Shown: positions 34,898-47,741 of the stretch, in pieces
Position numbering within the stretch: position 1 is the stretch's first letter
Layout: every line of letters starts with the position of its first letter
Assembly: GCA_030390025.1 (NCBI GenBank)
Contig: CM059431.1
Location: 103,170,001-103,234,000, forward strand
DNA length: 64,000 nucleotides
Source of the DNA: Squalus acanthias
Taxonomy: Eukaryota
Direction of reading: 5' to 3'
Notes under the pieces: model-generated
Databases searched by the model: none
Told to the model about the DNA's origin: nothing
The model's input: the letters and a program-made list of their open reading frames with translations, nothing else
Made by a program: the position numbers and the translations under genes

Positions 34898-35767
34898 AGT
34901 GGCTGTGGTGTAGCCATCCTCTATTACTAGCACCTGCCATCTTTGAGAAAATGGGTGTGGTGGTTAAGATCGAAAGTTATTAAACAATGTTAAGGTGGGA
35001 AAGCTGTAAAGTGCCTGGCACCACACAACAGTAAATCTTCCCTGCTTACATAAACAAAGAAATTAATTATAATCACTGCAGGAACAGTTATGGAACTGAT
35101 AGTCGATGGATCAAAAGCTTGAAGATTTGCTGAGCAGTCGCAGGGTCCTTTCTGAACACAATTAATAGAAGCAAGACGAAGTCACGCAGACAGCAGGGGG
35201 AACATTTGCTTCGGCCATTAAGTATATTAATTTATTCGTGGTATTTACATAATTATTCCAGTGAATATTCATCTCCTTGTATAACACATGGCGACGGCCT
35301 GGGTAACTGATTGTTATCACTTAGTTGCAATGTGCTGGTGCTTGCTTCTTGTTTATATTCCGACAGCTCTGTGGTTACATTATTGGTCCCACACTGTATG
35401 ATGAAGTGCAGGAATTACAGATATGCAAAATATTAGTCCTGCAGTCACTGGCGTTAGCTTAAATTACTGAAGCCTAATATTTCATTGGACCCCTACACAT
35501 TAAGGAAAGCCTATGAGAGATGAATGGTTTTTTTTTTGGTTGGATCCTTGTTTGCCTTTCACACTGACTGCACCACTGCAATTTGGCAGCCAGTTGCTCA
35601 CTGGTATGTTGTAATTAAGGGTTGGCGGACGGGAGTGCTGAAAGGTCAGACCAGCGAGGGATATCTCAGTAGCAGTTCGCGTTTTCTCCAGATCTTAGAA
35701 AGTAACTGCGATGCGACCGGTATCACAGTGCATTTGGGATTAGGCTAAAGAAAGACTTAGAAACTTA

Positions 35768-36430
35768 GGGGGAAAAATTGGCTCGCGCCCCCTTTGGGGC
35801 GCTAACTTCGCCGGGGCGCTACTTTTAGCACCCCGAAAAAGTTAGCCCCCCCGCGCCGGAAATTGCACTGTAGCGCCCCAAGCAGGAGGCGGGTCGCTAC
35901 TGGAGGCGCTCCCCCTCCCTCTTGGGGCGCTCCCATTGAATATCGCGGCGCTACGTGCAGCAGCGCCACACGCGCATCTGCGCGTAGCGCTGCGGTACTG
36001 CAGGCCTCCCTCCCCTGATTAAAGGGGAGGGGCCCTGGGGCCCTGCTGGATCATCGGGGAGCGGCGTGCCGGCATAAGAGTCTGGCACTCCTCTTGATCG
36101 CGGCCGGCACCCCGCAGCGGGAGGCCAGAGGGGGCAGGTGCTGGCAGGCAGCCCCCCCAAAAAATGGCCGCCCGGCACCAGCCATTTAATTTGCGCCGCC
36201 CCGGCTGTGAAAACACACCCCTGACCCTGTCGGACATAGCGTCCGGCGGCAGGTCAGGGGGCGCGAGACAAGTTTGCGGCCGGGGCGCGAGTGGGGTGCT
36301 GGGCACGTTGATGACGTCATCGCCGGAGGCGCAGCATTGCGGGGCGCTACCGGCTACCGCCGCCGCTAAACTCCCGCTGAGTTTTGCGCGGGCGCTAATG
36401 GGAGACGCAAAGCAACCAAATTTTTCCCCT
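35768..36430. mobile_element. Harbinger MITE
   Basis: TIRs GGGGGAAAAATT / AATTTTTCCCCT; GGCGCTAA subterminal motifs; TGACGTCA at 36312; TSD not clean. Confidence 0.8.
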
Positions 36431-36874
36431 GTGTTTTCTAAAGTGTTTTTAGACACAGAATTCATTTGCTCCCTGCACTTGCTTTTCAAAAAGTCCCTTT
36501 ACAAAATTGGCGGCTCGATGATTTTACTCATAGCCAGAACAAAGGCCTCTTATGACAGCAATTTCTAAGTGTCAAACAATACCTTTCATGCCATTTTCTA
36601 GCCACGCAAAATGTGCCCAAAAATTGGACAAAGGAAATCCCCTCACATCGTACAAAAAATAATAGAAAGTCTAGAAAGGAACTTCCTTGAAGCCTTGCTC
36701 CAGTTATCCTGCTGTTAGTGCCCAGTGTTATTTGGGAGACTTTTAGTTTCTTTAAATATATGTATATTTTTTTTAAGTCACGGTGATTTCAACTTCCAGT
36801 TTGTACAGGTAATAGGAATGGGTGATCCAATGGAAATCCAATTGTGCCATTCACATTCCTTCAGGTACTGTGGA

Positions 36875-37520
36875 TAGGCACCTGAAGGAAAGAAATTTGC
36901 AGGGCTACGGGGAAAGGGCGGGGAGTGGGACTAGCTGAAGTGCTCTCGCAGAGAGCCGGCACGGGCTCCTTCCGTGCTGTAACCATGTTACGATTCTATG
37001 ATTCACATCATTAAGACTTTATTTTAATATTAATATGGCAAAAGGGTAAACTTTAAAAGGTAGTGCCTCACTGGAAATAGCAAACATTTGGTTACAGGCA
37101 GTTTATTCTCACATAATGAGGGGAGGTTGAGTAGAGTGGGCCTATATTCTCTAGAGTTTAGAAGAATGAGAGGTGATCTCATTGAAACGTGTAAAATTCT
37201 TAGCGGGCTTGACAGGATAGATGCTGAGAGGATGTTTCCCGTGGCTGGAGAGTCTAGAACCAGGGGTCAAAGTCTCAGGATAAGGGGTCGGCCATTTAGG
37301 ACTGAGATGAGGAGGAATTTCTTCACTCAGAGAGCTGTGAATTCTCAGTCGATTAATATATTAAAGGCTGAGATCGGTAGATTTGTGGGCACTAAGGGAA
37401 TCAAAGGATATGGGGTTCGGGCAGGAAAGTGGAGTTGATGTAGAAGATCAGCCATGATCTTATTGAATGGCGGAGCAGGCTCGAGGGGACGTATGGCCGA
37501 CTCCTGCTCCTATTTCTTAG
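36875..37520 (+). mobile_element. Two CR1 3' fragments (36875-37002, 37108-37520)
   Basis: GLYSLEFRRMRGDLIE; CR1 3' UTRs. Confidence 0.85.
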
Positions 37521-37619
37521 TAAAATGTTTTAAATACTATAAAGCATAAATACCTCACATCTGGTTTTAAAAAACAAGGATAGGTTAGTGGACAGACAAT
37601 GCACAAGCTAATAAATATA

Positions 37620-38460
37620 CCCTGGCCAACATTTATCCATCAATCAACATCACTAAAACAGATTATCTGGTCATTATCACATTGCTGTTTGTGGGAGCTT
37701 GCTGTGCGTGAATTGGCTGCCGTATTTGCCTACATTACAACAATGACTACACTTCAAAAAGTACTTCATTGGCTGTAAAGCGCTTTGGGAGAGCCTGTGA
37801 TAGCAAAATAAATGTAAGTCTTCCAATTTTTGAAGCATTGGTGCACTTCCAGTGAACCTGGAGATTTGCACAGTGGCTTTTATGAGCTAGAAAATGAAGA
37901 CAATAACCTGAAATATTTAGAGTGCAATGCCGCAAAGAACAAAATATAAGTTCTATCCTCTATGTTTAATGCCCATGTTACCCAAATGGAGCAATGAAAA
38001 TCAGGGGTGCACAAGAGGCCAGAATTGGAGGAGCCTTACCTTTATTTCGCTACTTCAGGCTCTCCCAAAGTTCTTTACAGTCAATGAGTTACTTTTGAAG
38101 TGTAGTCACTGTTGTAATGTGGGAAACGCAGCAGCCAATTTGCGCACAGCAAGCTCCCACAAACAGCAATGTGATAATGATCAGATAATCTGTTTTTCAG
38201 TGATATTGATGGAGGGATAAATGTTGGCCAGGGACACCGGGGAGAACTCCTCTTTCTTTTTCCAATAGTGGCCGTGAGATATTTTACGCCTTCATCTGAG
38301 AGGGCAGACAAGGCCTCGATTTAACATCTCATGCGAAAGACGGCACTTCCGACAGTGCAGCGCTCCCTCAGTACTGACACTGGGAGAGACAGCCTGGATT
38401 CTGTGCTCAACTCTCTGGAGCACAGTCTTGTGACCCAGAGGTGAGAGTGCTAACAACTGA
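37620..38460. mobile_element. Two Deu-domain SINE copies in opposite orientation (37620-37822 +, 38050-38460 -)
   Basis: Homology to 527-987. Confidence 0.8.
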
Positions 38461-38754
38461 TTCAACCATACAGAATGTGCAGCTCCCAGTACATATAAGC
38501 TCTTTTACCTGAACAGCATAACGATACTGTGCAACATCAAACACTGAGACCATCCTGATTGGCAGCAATATAAAGCACAGGGGCAACTGAGGAATGAGGT
38601 CCTAAAAAACCAAACGGAGACACTTTGATGCCTATGCTGTGCTATGGCTTTTATAGAAATATTATTGAAATAACTCTCCTTTAATATCTGGCTGCCCACC
38701 TATCAAAGCGTTCCAGCTTTTTTGGCCAATGCTGCAGCACACCTTTTATTAAAG

Positions 38755-39064
38755 CCTCCTTGAAAAAGTGCAACACCCCCACCGACACCTGGGAATCCCT
38801 GGCCCAAGACCGCACAAAGTGGAGGAGAAGCATCCGGGAAGGCGCCGAACACCGCGAGTCTCTTCGCCGGGAGCAAGCGGAAGCCAAGCGCAAGGAGCGG
38901 AAGGAGCGCACGTCAACCCAAGCACCCCACCCCCCCCCCCGCCCCTTCAACCCCCGTCTGCCCCACCTGTGACAGAGACTGTAGGTCCCGCATTGGACTC
39001 ATCAGTCACCTGAGAACTCATTTTTAGTGTGGAAGCAAGTCATCCTCGGTTCCGAGGGACTGCC

Positions 39065-39095
<31 letters not shown>

Positions 39096-39096
39096 G
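38755..39096 (+). mobile_element. RTE LINE 3' fragment with (GAA)n tail
   Basis: Same family as 28984-29979; TSD ACCTTTTATTAAAG at 38741-38754 and 39097-39110. Confidence 0.9.
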
Positions 39097-39867
39097 ACCT
39101 TTTATTAAAGTAGGGCAATGAACCAGTGCCAGTACATAGCTGTTTGACAGGCATGTGGTATTTCACAGCACTTGTTAATTTGCTTGATCCCAGCTCAGAT
39201 TAAGTTTGCTTCTATCGACTGGTAGAGACGGAATGAAAGTCCAATGTGCTGGCTTTCTGCTTGAGCTGCTTCCAATCAACTCTGTCATGGAGCCAGACCT
39301 CGCGCTTGGTGCTCCTTTCAAGGTAGTAATGAACATGCCGCTTGGCTGAAGTCCATGTGGTGCTCAAACAGACCAGTTGGCGCTTTGTTCTGTGCTTTCA
39401 TTAGCTCGGGGGAGTCCGCCAATGTGAAGTCTAAGCTTGTTTCCGATCTAACCCTCATGCTGCTAGTTGAGGCCATCGATCAGGAGAGCGGTACATCGAG
39501 TGGTGGATAATCAAATCTGATCCATTTGACTGATGGGCAACAATGGAATCATTAGTGGATGGTGGATAGCAAACTTTAGCCAAAGGATATTCCTCCTCTT
39601 CATGAGAACTTCTGTTCAAAGGACTTTGAAGGTACTTTCGATTGCCAATCTTACCCAGGGGAGGTTGCTAACCCATGCTTAGAATAGTGAGTATCTCTAG
39701 CACCATCTGTGCCACAGTCTGCCAAACAACTTGCTGCCAAGGGTCACCAATGTAGAATTCTTTGCAAATAATGATGTCTGTTTGGGGCACATTCTCTGCA
39801 AGAAGATAGAAGTATGTCAGCAAGGGTACAGATTAGGTTTTAGTATCACCTTAGAATCTATCTCAAT

Positions 39868-40860
39868 GTCAATCGCTGCAGGAGTTCCTCAGGGCAGTGT
39901 CCTAGGCCCAACCATCTTCAGCTGCTTCATCAATGACCTTCCCTCCAACATAAGGTCAGAAATGGGGATGTTCGCTGATGACTGCACAGTGTTCAGTGCC
40001 ATTCACAACTCCTCAGATAATGAAGCAGTCCATGCCCGCATGTAACAAGACCAGGACGACGTTCAGCCTTGGGCTGATAAGTGGCAGGTAACATTCGCGC
40101 CACAGAAGTGCCAGGCAATGACTATCTCTAACAAGTAAGTCTCTAACCACTGCCCCTTGACATTCAACAGCATTACCATCGCCGAATCCGCCACCATCAA
40201 CATCCTGGGGGGTCACCATTGACCAGAAACTTAACTGGACCAGCCACATAAATACTGTGGCAACAAGAGCAGGTCAGAGGCTAGGTATTCTGTGGAGAGT
40301 GTCTCACCTCCTGACTCCACAAAGCCTTTCCACCATCTACAAGGCACAAGTCAGGAGTGTGATGGAATACTCTCCACTTGCCTGGATGAGTGCAGCTCCA
40401 ACAACACTCAAGAAGCTCAACACCATCCAGGACAAAGCAGCCTGCTTGATTGGCACTCCATCCACCACCTTAAACATTCACTCCCTCCACCACCGGCGCA
40501 CCGTGGCTGCAGTGTGTACCATCTACAAAATGCACTGCAGCAACTCGCCAAGGCTTCTTTGGCAGCACCTCCCAAACCCGCAACCTCTTCCACCTAGAAG
40601 GACAAGGGCAGCAGACGCATGGGAACACCACCACCTCCAAGTTCCCCTCCAAGTCACACACCATCCTGACTTAGAAGTATATCGCCAATCCTTCATCTTC
40701 GCTGGGTCAAAATCCTGGAACTCCCTCCCTAACAGCACTGTGGGAGTGCCTTCACCACACGGACTGCAGCGGTTCAAGAAGATGGCTCACCAGCACCTTC
40801 TCAAGGGCAATTAGGAATGGGCAATAAATGCTGGCCTTGCCAGCGATGCCCACATCCTAT
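39868..40860 (+). mobile_element. Second CR1/L2-group LINE family, RT-to-3' fragment
   Basis: AGVPQGSVLGP..FADD; YKAQVRSVMEY; SWNSLP; relatives at 53975-54432 and about 28736-28845 (-). Confidence 0.85.
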
Positions 40861-41058
40861 AAACAAATTTTTAAAAATGATTACAGGGCACATATCTGTC
40901 AGTAACAGAAACTGAATGTGAAGCTAATTGATAGAAATAAGGCAGTATGTGAGAGGCAGTGATAACTCAGTTACCACAGATGGCAGGAATGATATACCCT
41001 GGCATTTCTAGAACAGCTGCCACAGTTTGCACAATGGGAAACTGCATAAACCTTCCCA

Positions 41059-41430
41059 AACAACAACAACAAATTGTATTTATTTAGCACCTTTAACGTA
41101 GAATTTTAAAATTGAGGCGTTGCTTAACCGGGAGCCAATGTAGGTCAGCGAGCACAGGGGTGATGGGTGATGGTGCGAGTTAGGACACGGGCAGCAGAAT
41201 TTCGGATGACCTCAAGTTTACGTAGGGTGGAATGTGGGAGGCCAGCCAGGAGTGCATTGGAATAGTCAAGTCTAGAGGTAACAAAGGCATGGATGAGGGT
41301 TTCAGTAGCAAATGAGCTAAGGCAAGAGAGGAGTCGGGTGATGTTACGGAGGTGCAAATAGACGGTCTAGTGATGGTGCAGATATATGGTCGGAAGCTCA
41401 TCTCGGGGTCAAAAATATGACACCAAGGTT
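41059..41430 (-). mobile_element. L2 LINE fragment
   Basis: ETLIHAFVTSRLDYSNALLAGLP. Confidence 0.85.
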
Positions 41431-42100
41431 GCTGGACTCTCTGGACTCCCTCCTATTGTCTCCTCTCCTCTCCTCTCCTAAAACAGCATCTGTATAAATT
41501 CTGTGCTTAAAAGTTGTCTCATTGCTACCTCATGGTCTGTCGTGCACAGCTTGAGAGGAATTTGCGGTCAACGGCGAAGCAACAGTGCTCGCCGCTGATC
41601 TCGAAGAAAGCTGCCCACAAAGATCTAGCGATCTCTGTGGCGTCGTTTTCAGCTCTCCCGACCTTTGTTTGAATCTGGTGCCAAATCGAGCGAATCTCCA
41701 GCATCTAGCAACAGTGATCTTATCAAGCAGGCTGAGCAGCCAATCACATTGAAGAATTCTTCACAGACAGCAAACCAGGAAGAAAAAGGCGAGGATTCTA
41801 ATTTACTTTTTATAAATTTTACAGAGCGTGAAATAAAGATTGGGACACACACATAGGATTAAGGTAGAAGCTGAAATATCATAAACAAACTTTAAAAAAA
41901 AATATTTTAAAAACCATGTCATTCTTAAGCATGTTAATGGAAAAATTTGAATTTCCTTTCAAATTAGTTTTTCAGGGCCAGAACGGTTGTTCAGCAGTCA
42001 ATAGGCTGTTAAAAACCCAGTTACACCTCTTTGAACAAGGCTTAACTTTTTGGCAGGCCGTGGGTTTGGGGATGGGGGCGCGGTTAACATGATATTCCAG

Positions 42101-43688
42101 TGTAATAGGGGAAGTTTCCGTCCTTATATGTGATTTCAATTGATTGCTGGCTCTGGGGAGTATAAAATCCCAGAGGCACCCAGGTTCCAAATGATTCGAG
42201 GTTGACCCGTATTGGTGACAGTGATTTAACTTTATTTAGCACAAGCAAGACTGAATACGTTACAGTTTACAGAGAATAATTGAGACTTATATTACCACTT
42301 ATACGCTGGGTAGAAGCCGCAACCGTGAGTAAGTTGCACCCTGTGTCTCTTGTCTCTCATCTCTCCTCGTCTCCCAGGAGTCTCTTTGATTCTTCCTGAA
42401 ATCTTCTACTCCTGAAATCTTCTACTCCTGAAATCTTCTACAATTTGTGGCTGTTAAGACCCCTTTCTTATACCCTTACTCTTATTCAAAACCAATGGAG
42501 TTCTCCTGAACCAATCACTGGCTGACACCCAAACCCAAAATCCAATCATAAGGATGCCATGTCCGTAGCACTCCGGCTTACGCAGGTTTTTGGTCTGATG
42601 ACACTCTCACATCACCTGTTTCTGACCATCAAGACTCAGATCTGGGGTAGTTATGGCAACACAAAGGAATATTTCTCCACGGGTTGAGATATGGCCCCTG
42701 CTGTTGGCCTTTGTTTTTATAATTCACTGCGGATGTTATAAAAAAGAAAGAAATACTTGCATTTATGTAGCGCTTTTCACGACCACCGGATGACTCAAAG
42801 TGCTTTACAGCCAATGAAGTGCTTTTGAAGTGGGAAACGCAGCAGCCAATTTGTGCACAGCAAGCTTCCACAAACAGCAATGTGATAATGACCAGATAAT
42901 CTGTTTTAGTGATGTTGAGTGAGGGATAAATATTGGCCAGGACACCGGGGGATAACTCACCTGCTCTTCTTCGAAATAGTGCCTTGGGATCTTTTGCATC
43001 CACCCGAGAGAGCAGACGGGGCCTCGGTTTAACGTCTCATCCAAAAGACGGCACCACCGACAGTGCAGCACTCGCTCAGCACTGCACTGGAGTGTCAGCC
43101 TGGCTTTATGTGCTCAAGTTCCTGGAGTGGGACTGTGAACCCACAACCTTCATGACTCAGAGGCGAGTGTGCTACCCACTGAGCCACGGCTGACGCTATA
43201 CACTCCCAGCACAATTCTAACTGCACCTGACCTTGGTTCCCAGGCTAGCTGCAGTCTATTCGACCTTGGCAATGTCTTCCTCACCCCAGGCTGTCTGGTT
43301 ACAGCTTCCTCACAGACTTTTAATTATAAGCAAAAAGGGTTACATGTCATATATAATTCAGGTTATCATTGCATGCAGTTGATGATTACAGACTTTTATA
43401 TTTAATTCTTACACACAATTATAAATCTATTGCTGATATTGTATCACTAAAGATAGAAAACAGGTATTCAAAAAACCAACTAACATGTAATTCATAACAA
43501 TCTTACGGTCCCTGCCTCTTATCTCAGTCTCTGGAATTCCATTAACTCTTTCAGCTTTTCTCACAGACTGACTGTCGCTTTGCTAACGAGGCTTGTTGGA
43601 GTTGGCACTTGTAATATTTGGTCAAGTAGGCCCAACGCCTCTGTCTTCCATTTTAAAATCTAACCGGGTCTACCCAAGGCATATTACA
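42101..43688 (-). mobile_element. Solo LTR containing a SINE
   Basis: TGTAATA...TATTACA termini; flanks CCAG/CTAG (one mismatch); TTTATT at 42231; 3x short repeat at about 42393-42440. Confidence 0.65.
42741..43194 (-). mobile_element. Deu-domain tRNA SINE, full length
   Basis: Reverse-complement homologue of 527-987. Confidence 0.88.
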
Positions 43689-44168
43689 CTAGTTTAAAAG
43701 CATGATTATTCAGGAATCGGCATGCATTGACCAACAGTTACATAACACAAACTTAAACCTGCAACTAATGATGCTTATTTCGTTTCATCCATGTTAGTTA
43801 GTGGGAATCTGAAATGGAGATTTCTCAGGATTCTTACAGAGCAACCTGTGGTGGAGCACTGAATGATTGACCGCAACAGTGACTCTGTGGGCTGGATTTT
43901 GCCATTGGGGGCGGGCTGGGGTGTGTCAGGTGGTTTTCATGTCAGGAGCCCGACTCCGATGTGAAGTGGGAAAAAAGTGCGATTTTGCCCTAATTGGGCG
44001 CTTGATTTCCAGCGTGTGGAAACCCCTGGCCCAATGAGTCTTTTCATACAGAAAGTCGCCTCTGATGACGTCATCAATGTTGCTGGATTTAAGGCCTGCA
44101 AGCAGCCTTGCTTCTTCTGGAGACTTTAAACTTTGTGCCCATTGTTGTGATCGCTTCATTCAGCAACT

Positions 44169-47100
44169 ATGTCCAGCAGTAGGCCAACATGTGCTCCAAG
44201 GTTCGATGAGGCCTCCCTCCAAGCTCTGGTGGAGGGAGCAAGATCAAATAAGGAGGTGCTCTTCCCTTCCTCAGGGAGGAAAGAGTCTCCCCAGCAGACT
44301 AAAGCTGTGTGGATGCAAGTGGCCCAGGAGGTCAACTCAATCTCTATGTGCCGCAGAACCTGGCTGCAGTGCAGGAAGAGGTTTCATGACCTCCGCACAG
44401 GAAAAGTGAGTATGACTTTCCCATCACCCTCAATCTGATCCCCATCACCTCTCCTCACCAGCATTCTGCTTTGCCAACCTCTTCCTCCACATCCCACTTG
44501 ACACTTGACATCCCTGCACCCTTACCCATTCCCTCTCTCTCTATGGTCACATTCACTTAACTATTCGACCATGCAGCCCTCACACTCCCTATCACTGTGA
44601 TGCAATGACAACAACTTACAACACACAGGGAGGGCCCTTGGTCTTGGGACATCACTCCATCTTTGTTTCCTTCTAAGCATCTATGCTATGGATTCTCTAC
44701 ACTCACACCTTCATTCTCACTCAAACTCCACTTGTGTCCCTCATTGCAGGAAAAGAGAGCCCACAATAAGAGGGAAAGAGCGAGGACAGGAGGAGGGCCA
44801 CCCTCAGTAGCCCAGCTCACCACCTCGGAGGAGGCGGCCCTGGAAATCGCTGGTGTCGAGGACGATGTGCAAGTGGGGGACGGACAGACGGGTGCATCAC
44901 AGCAAGCTGGTGACAGAATAGTTTGGCATCTCTCTGACATTGCATGAGTAACTGGTAATGATTCTGATGCTCTAACAGATTGACTTATGATCATCTGCAC
45001 AATTCAATGTGCATGCAACCTTTACCTCACATCTCTAACTCTTTCCTTTATTCCCCACAGGACCATCGACAGCCCCCGTCCCCACTGTCCAGGAGGAACA
45101 GCCTGAGCCTCAAGACTCCTCAGAGGAAGCTGCAACCTCTGAGGGCCCAGCCTCAGCAGAATTCAGCGTACCCAGCACCAGCACAGACACTCACACCTCG
45201 GTGGCACCTTCGCGAGATAGAGTAGTATTGTCACCTGGTGTATCACAGCTCACAAGTGAGCATCAGCAGATGGTGGAGACAGGGACAGCAGTGGAGAGTC
45301 CTCATTGGAGGGCGCAGGACTTGAAGGGATAATTACAAGTCCTAGCCCTTTCAGACTACCCCAGGCGTATTCCCCAGACGTTTACCTTCAACTAAAGTTA
45401 GCGGTAGCCGGATCCCATAAGACGCTTAATTGGGTCTAAAGGTCAGACTACCTCTCCCTAAAGGAAAGAAACGGTCTAAAGATGTTTCCGTGCTCCGGAT
45501 AGTACTTTTAATAAGTTTAACTAAACTGTAACCTTCCGGATATTATGAGGGTCCGGAATACCCCCAGAATTCTGCAACTCCTTTGAGTGTACAGGAATTG
45601 AGTTCGCAAGATGATACAGAAATACTCTTTGAGATAATTCTAAAAATATATAGATTTATTAAAGAACCGACATTTAGATAACATTTATTATGGCAATCAC
45701 TACTTTAACCGTTCAAAATACAAATAGCTTACATTTCTTATCAGAGATCCTTATTCTCAAATCTTAACTTCATTACATTTCCACTCTTCCACTTATTTCT
45801 TAATCCAGAATATCCACCAAAATCAAATACCTTGATTACCCGAGACTCAAAATTGAAAACTTACAGAGAGTGTCTGTGAAGTTGAGAAACACTTGTCTTC
45901 CCAGCGACTTCTGACTTTCTGTTTGAAAAGGTCTATTTTTATATCTTTTTTGGGTGGTTTATTCTTTGAAGTTTCTGTGGCTGTAAGCTAATTGTCTTTA
46001 TTGATATCTCTGTTGAATGCTTTCTGTCTTTACTGTCAATTTAGCCATTGCATGCATAATTATGTCTCTACTTTAGATGTTTCAAAAACCATCATAAACA
46101 CAATGACAGCAATGGTTTCTGTTTGATGCAATTCTTATCGAAGTCTTTCTATTGAATTTCTAATATTACTTTAACTGGTTATTATCAGACATTGGTATTC
46201 CAAGTTCAATACAAGAACAATGTAATTGCTTGGTGCATCCATTGAAGTAATATTTTCAAAGTCGTCTTGTTTGTGTACCTTTTACAACTTGTAAATACTT
46301 CATCTAGGGTGTTCCATACATTTCTTATTTACTTCAATTGGTTTTTATCAGACCTCGGGACTCAAGCTTAACATTAAAACTATTTGTTCAGCAGGCGTTT
46401 CTTTTACTTGATGTCATTTCTTCAAAGCCTTCTGTAGGTATCATATTTACAATATGTAAATTGAAAACACTTTAACTCAGTGCTTACTTGTTTTCTAGCT
46501 ATCTCAATTGGTTGCATATTTAATCGTGTTTCCTGTCTTATTTGATGTTATATTATGAAGGCTTATGGTTGTTTAATATTCTAAGTTTCTGTTTGCATCA
46601 GTGTTAGCTTTTGACACTTTAAACTGGGTGATTCCATTGTTCTTCTCCCAAACTCTAGACACTCTGGAAGCAATCCTTTGCTTTATCAATGGGGCTTGTT
46701 TCTTGGTCAATATCCCATTCCCATTTCAAAGCTTGTGGTGTTTTACAACTTTGTTTAACAACTGATCTTTATCTCAGAAGCCTGTATTGTGCCTGCAGCC
46801 TGTGTCTGCTAAGGCTTATGTCTTTTAAACCCAGTATGTCATTTATTAATCATTTCAGAAATCTGTTCTTAGTATCGTGTATTTTTCTGAATTCTGGCTA
46901 TTCCTTCACAGACTCTCCCAGCTCGGCTCAGCTGCATGTCGACCCTGTGCCTCTGGGTCCATCCAGAAGGAGAGCGGTGCTGGAACTCCAGGAACAGGTG
47001 CAGGAGTCTCTAGCAGGTTTTGTCTCCAGGGTCGCTGCGAGTGTGGAGCGAATAGAGGAGTCCATCGCTAACATGAGCAGAGCCTTTGTGGAGGCGTTGG

Positions 47101-47741
47101 CGCATGAACGCATCACCACGGAAAGGATGGCAACCTCCATGGAAAGGATGGCTACGGTAGAGGAAAGGATGGCTACGGTAGAGGAGAGGATGGCTACGGC
47201 CATGGAGGAGCTAAGTCGATAAAGTGTTGAAAACATGGTCATTGTTCAGAATAGACTGACATCTCTTGAGGAGCAATGGTCAGCTATTGAGCATAGAAAC
47301 CAGACCTTCATGGAAGTCCTCTGGAGTAGGACTTCCAGTGCAGAAACGGGTCCTCATGGCCCCCCTGAAGTGCAGCAAGGTACTGTCAAGCCACTTGCTA
47401 GCTCTGAAGTGGGGCTGACCCATGAGAGGGATGTTGGTGGCAGACAACAAGGAAGTGGGGGCTCCTCTCCAATCGCTCACACGACCATGCCATTGCAAAG
47501 CCCTCGGTCAGAGCCCCACCAGAGTCCTCAACCAACTGAGATGGGCGTCTCAGCCCCTGCACAGCCGCAGGAGCAGCAGACTGTTGTCGAGCCCTCACAG
47601 GCTCGCAGCCCCAGAGGACGGCCGCCAAAGGTGTCGAGACAGGAGCAGCAAGAAAGTGAGCAAGGGGCCTCCACATCTGCTGAAGCCACAGGGGAAGCAC
47701 CACGTAGGAGCACGCGTAAGAGGAAGATAAAGCACAAGTAG
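44169..47741 (+). pseudogene. Myb/SANT-like gene of element D (exons 44169-44405, 44750-44909, 45061-47741), disrupted by LTR and an in-frame TAA
   Basis: APRFDEASLQALV..WMQVA..RTWLQCRKRFHDL; AHNKRERARTGGGPP; exon 3 rejoins in frame across the LTR; TAA at 47220-47222. Confidence 0.82.
45322..46910 (-). mobile_element. Solo LTR, about 1.6 kb, related to 6974-8074
   Basis: TGAAGGGAT...CCTTCACA, 4-bp TSD GACT (45318-45321, 46911-46914); reverse-complement homology to the 6974 LTR. Confidence 0.88.

Larger units (their letters stand above)
41560..43877. mobile_element. Old inverted-repeat DNA element hosting a solo LTR
   Basis: TTGCGGTCAA..CAGTGCTC at the left and GAGCACTG..TTGACCGCAA at the right. 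Confidence 0.45.

Noticed and set aside
34145..34940. Extensin/collagen-like Pro- or Gly-rich genes
   Set aside because: Several frames on both strands are open only because the minisatellite lacks stops
39110..39800. Coding-like unique sequence
   Set aside because: No sustained frame or motif recognised on either strand; possibly an ancient repeat
45318..45321. LTR TSD GACT within GACTCT suggesting a target shared with the Harbingers
   Set aside because: Other LTRs of the family use AAAG and GCTC flanks; likely coincidence
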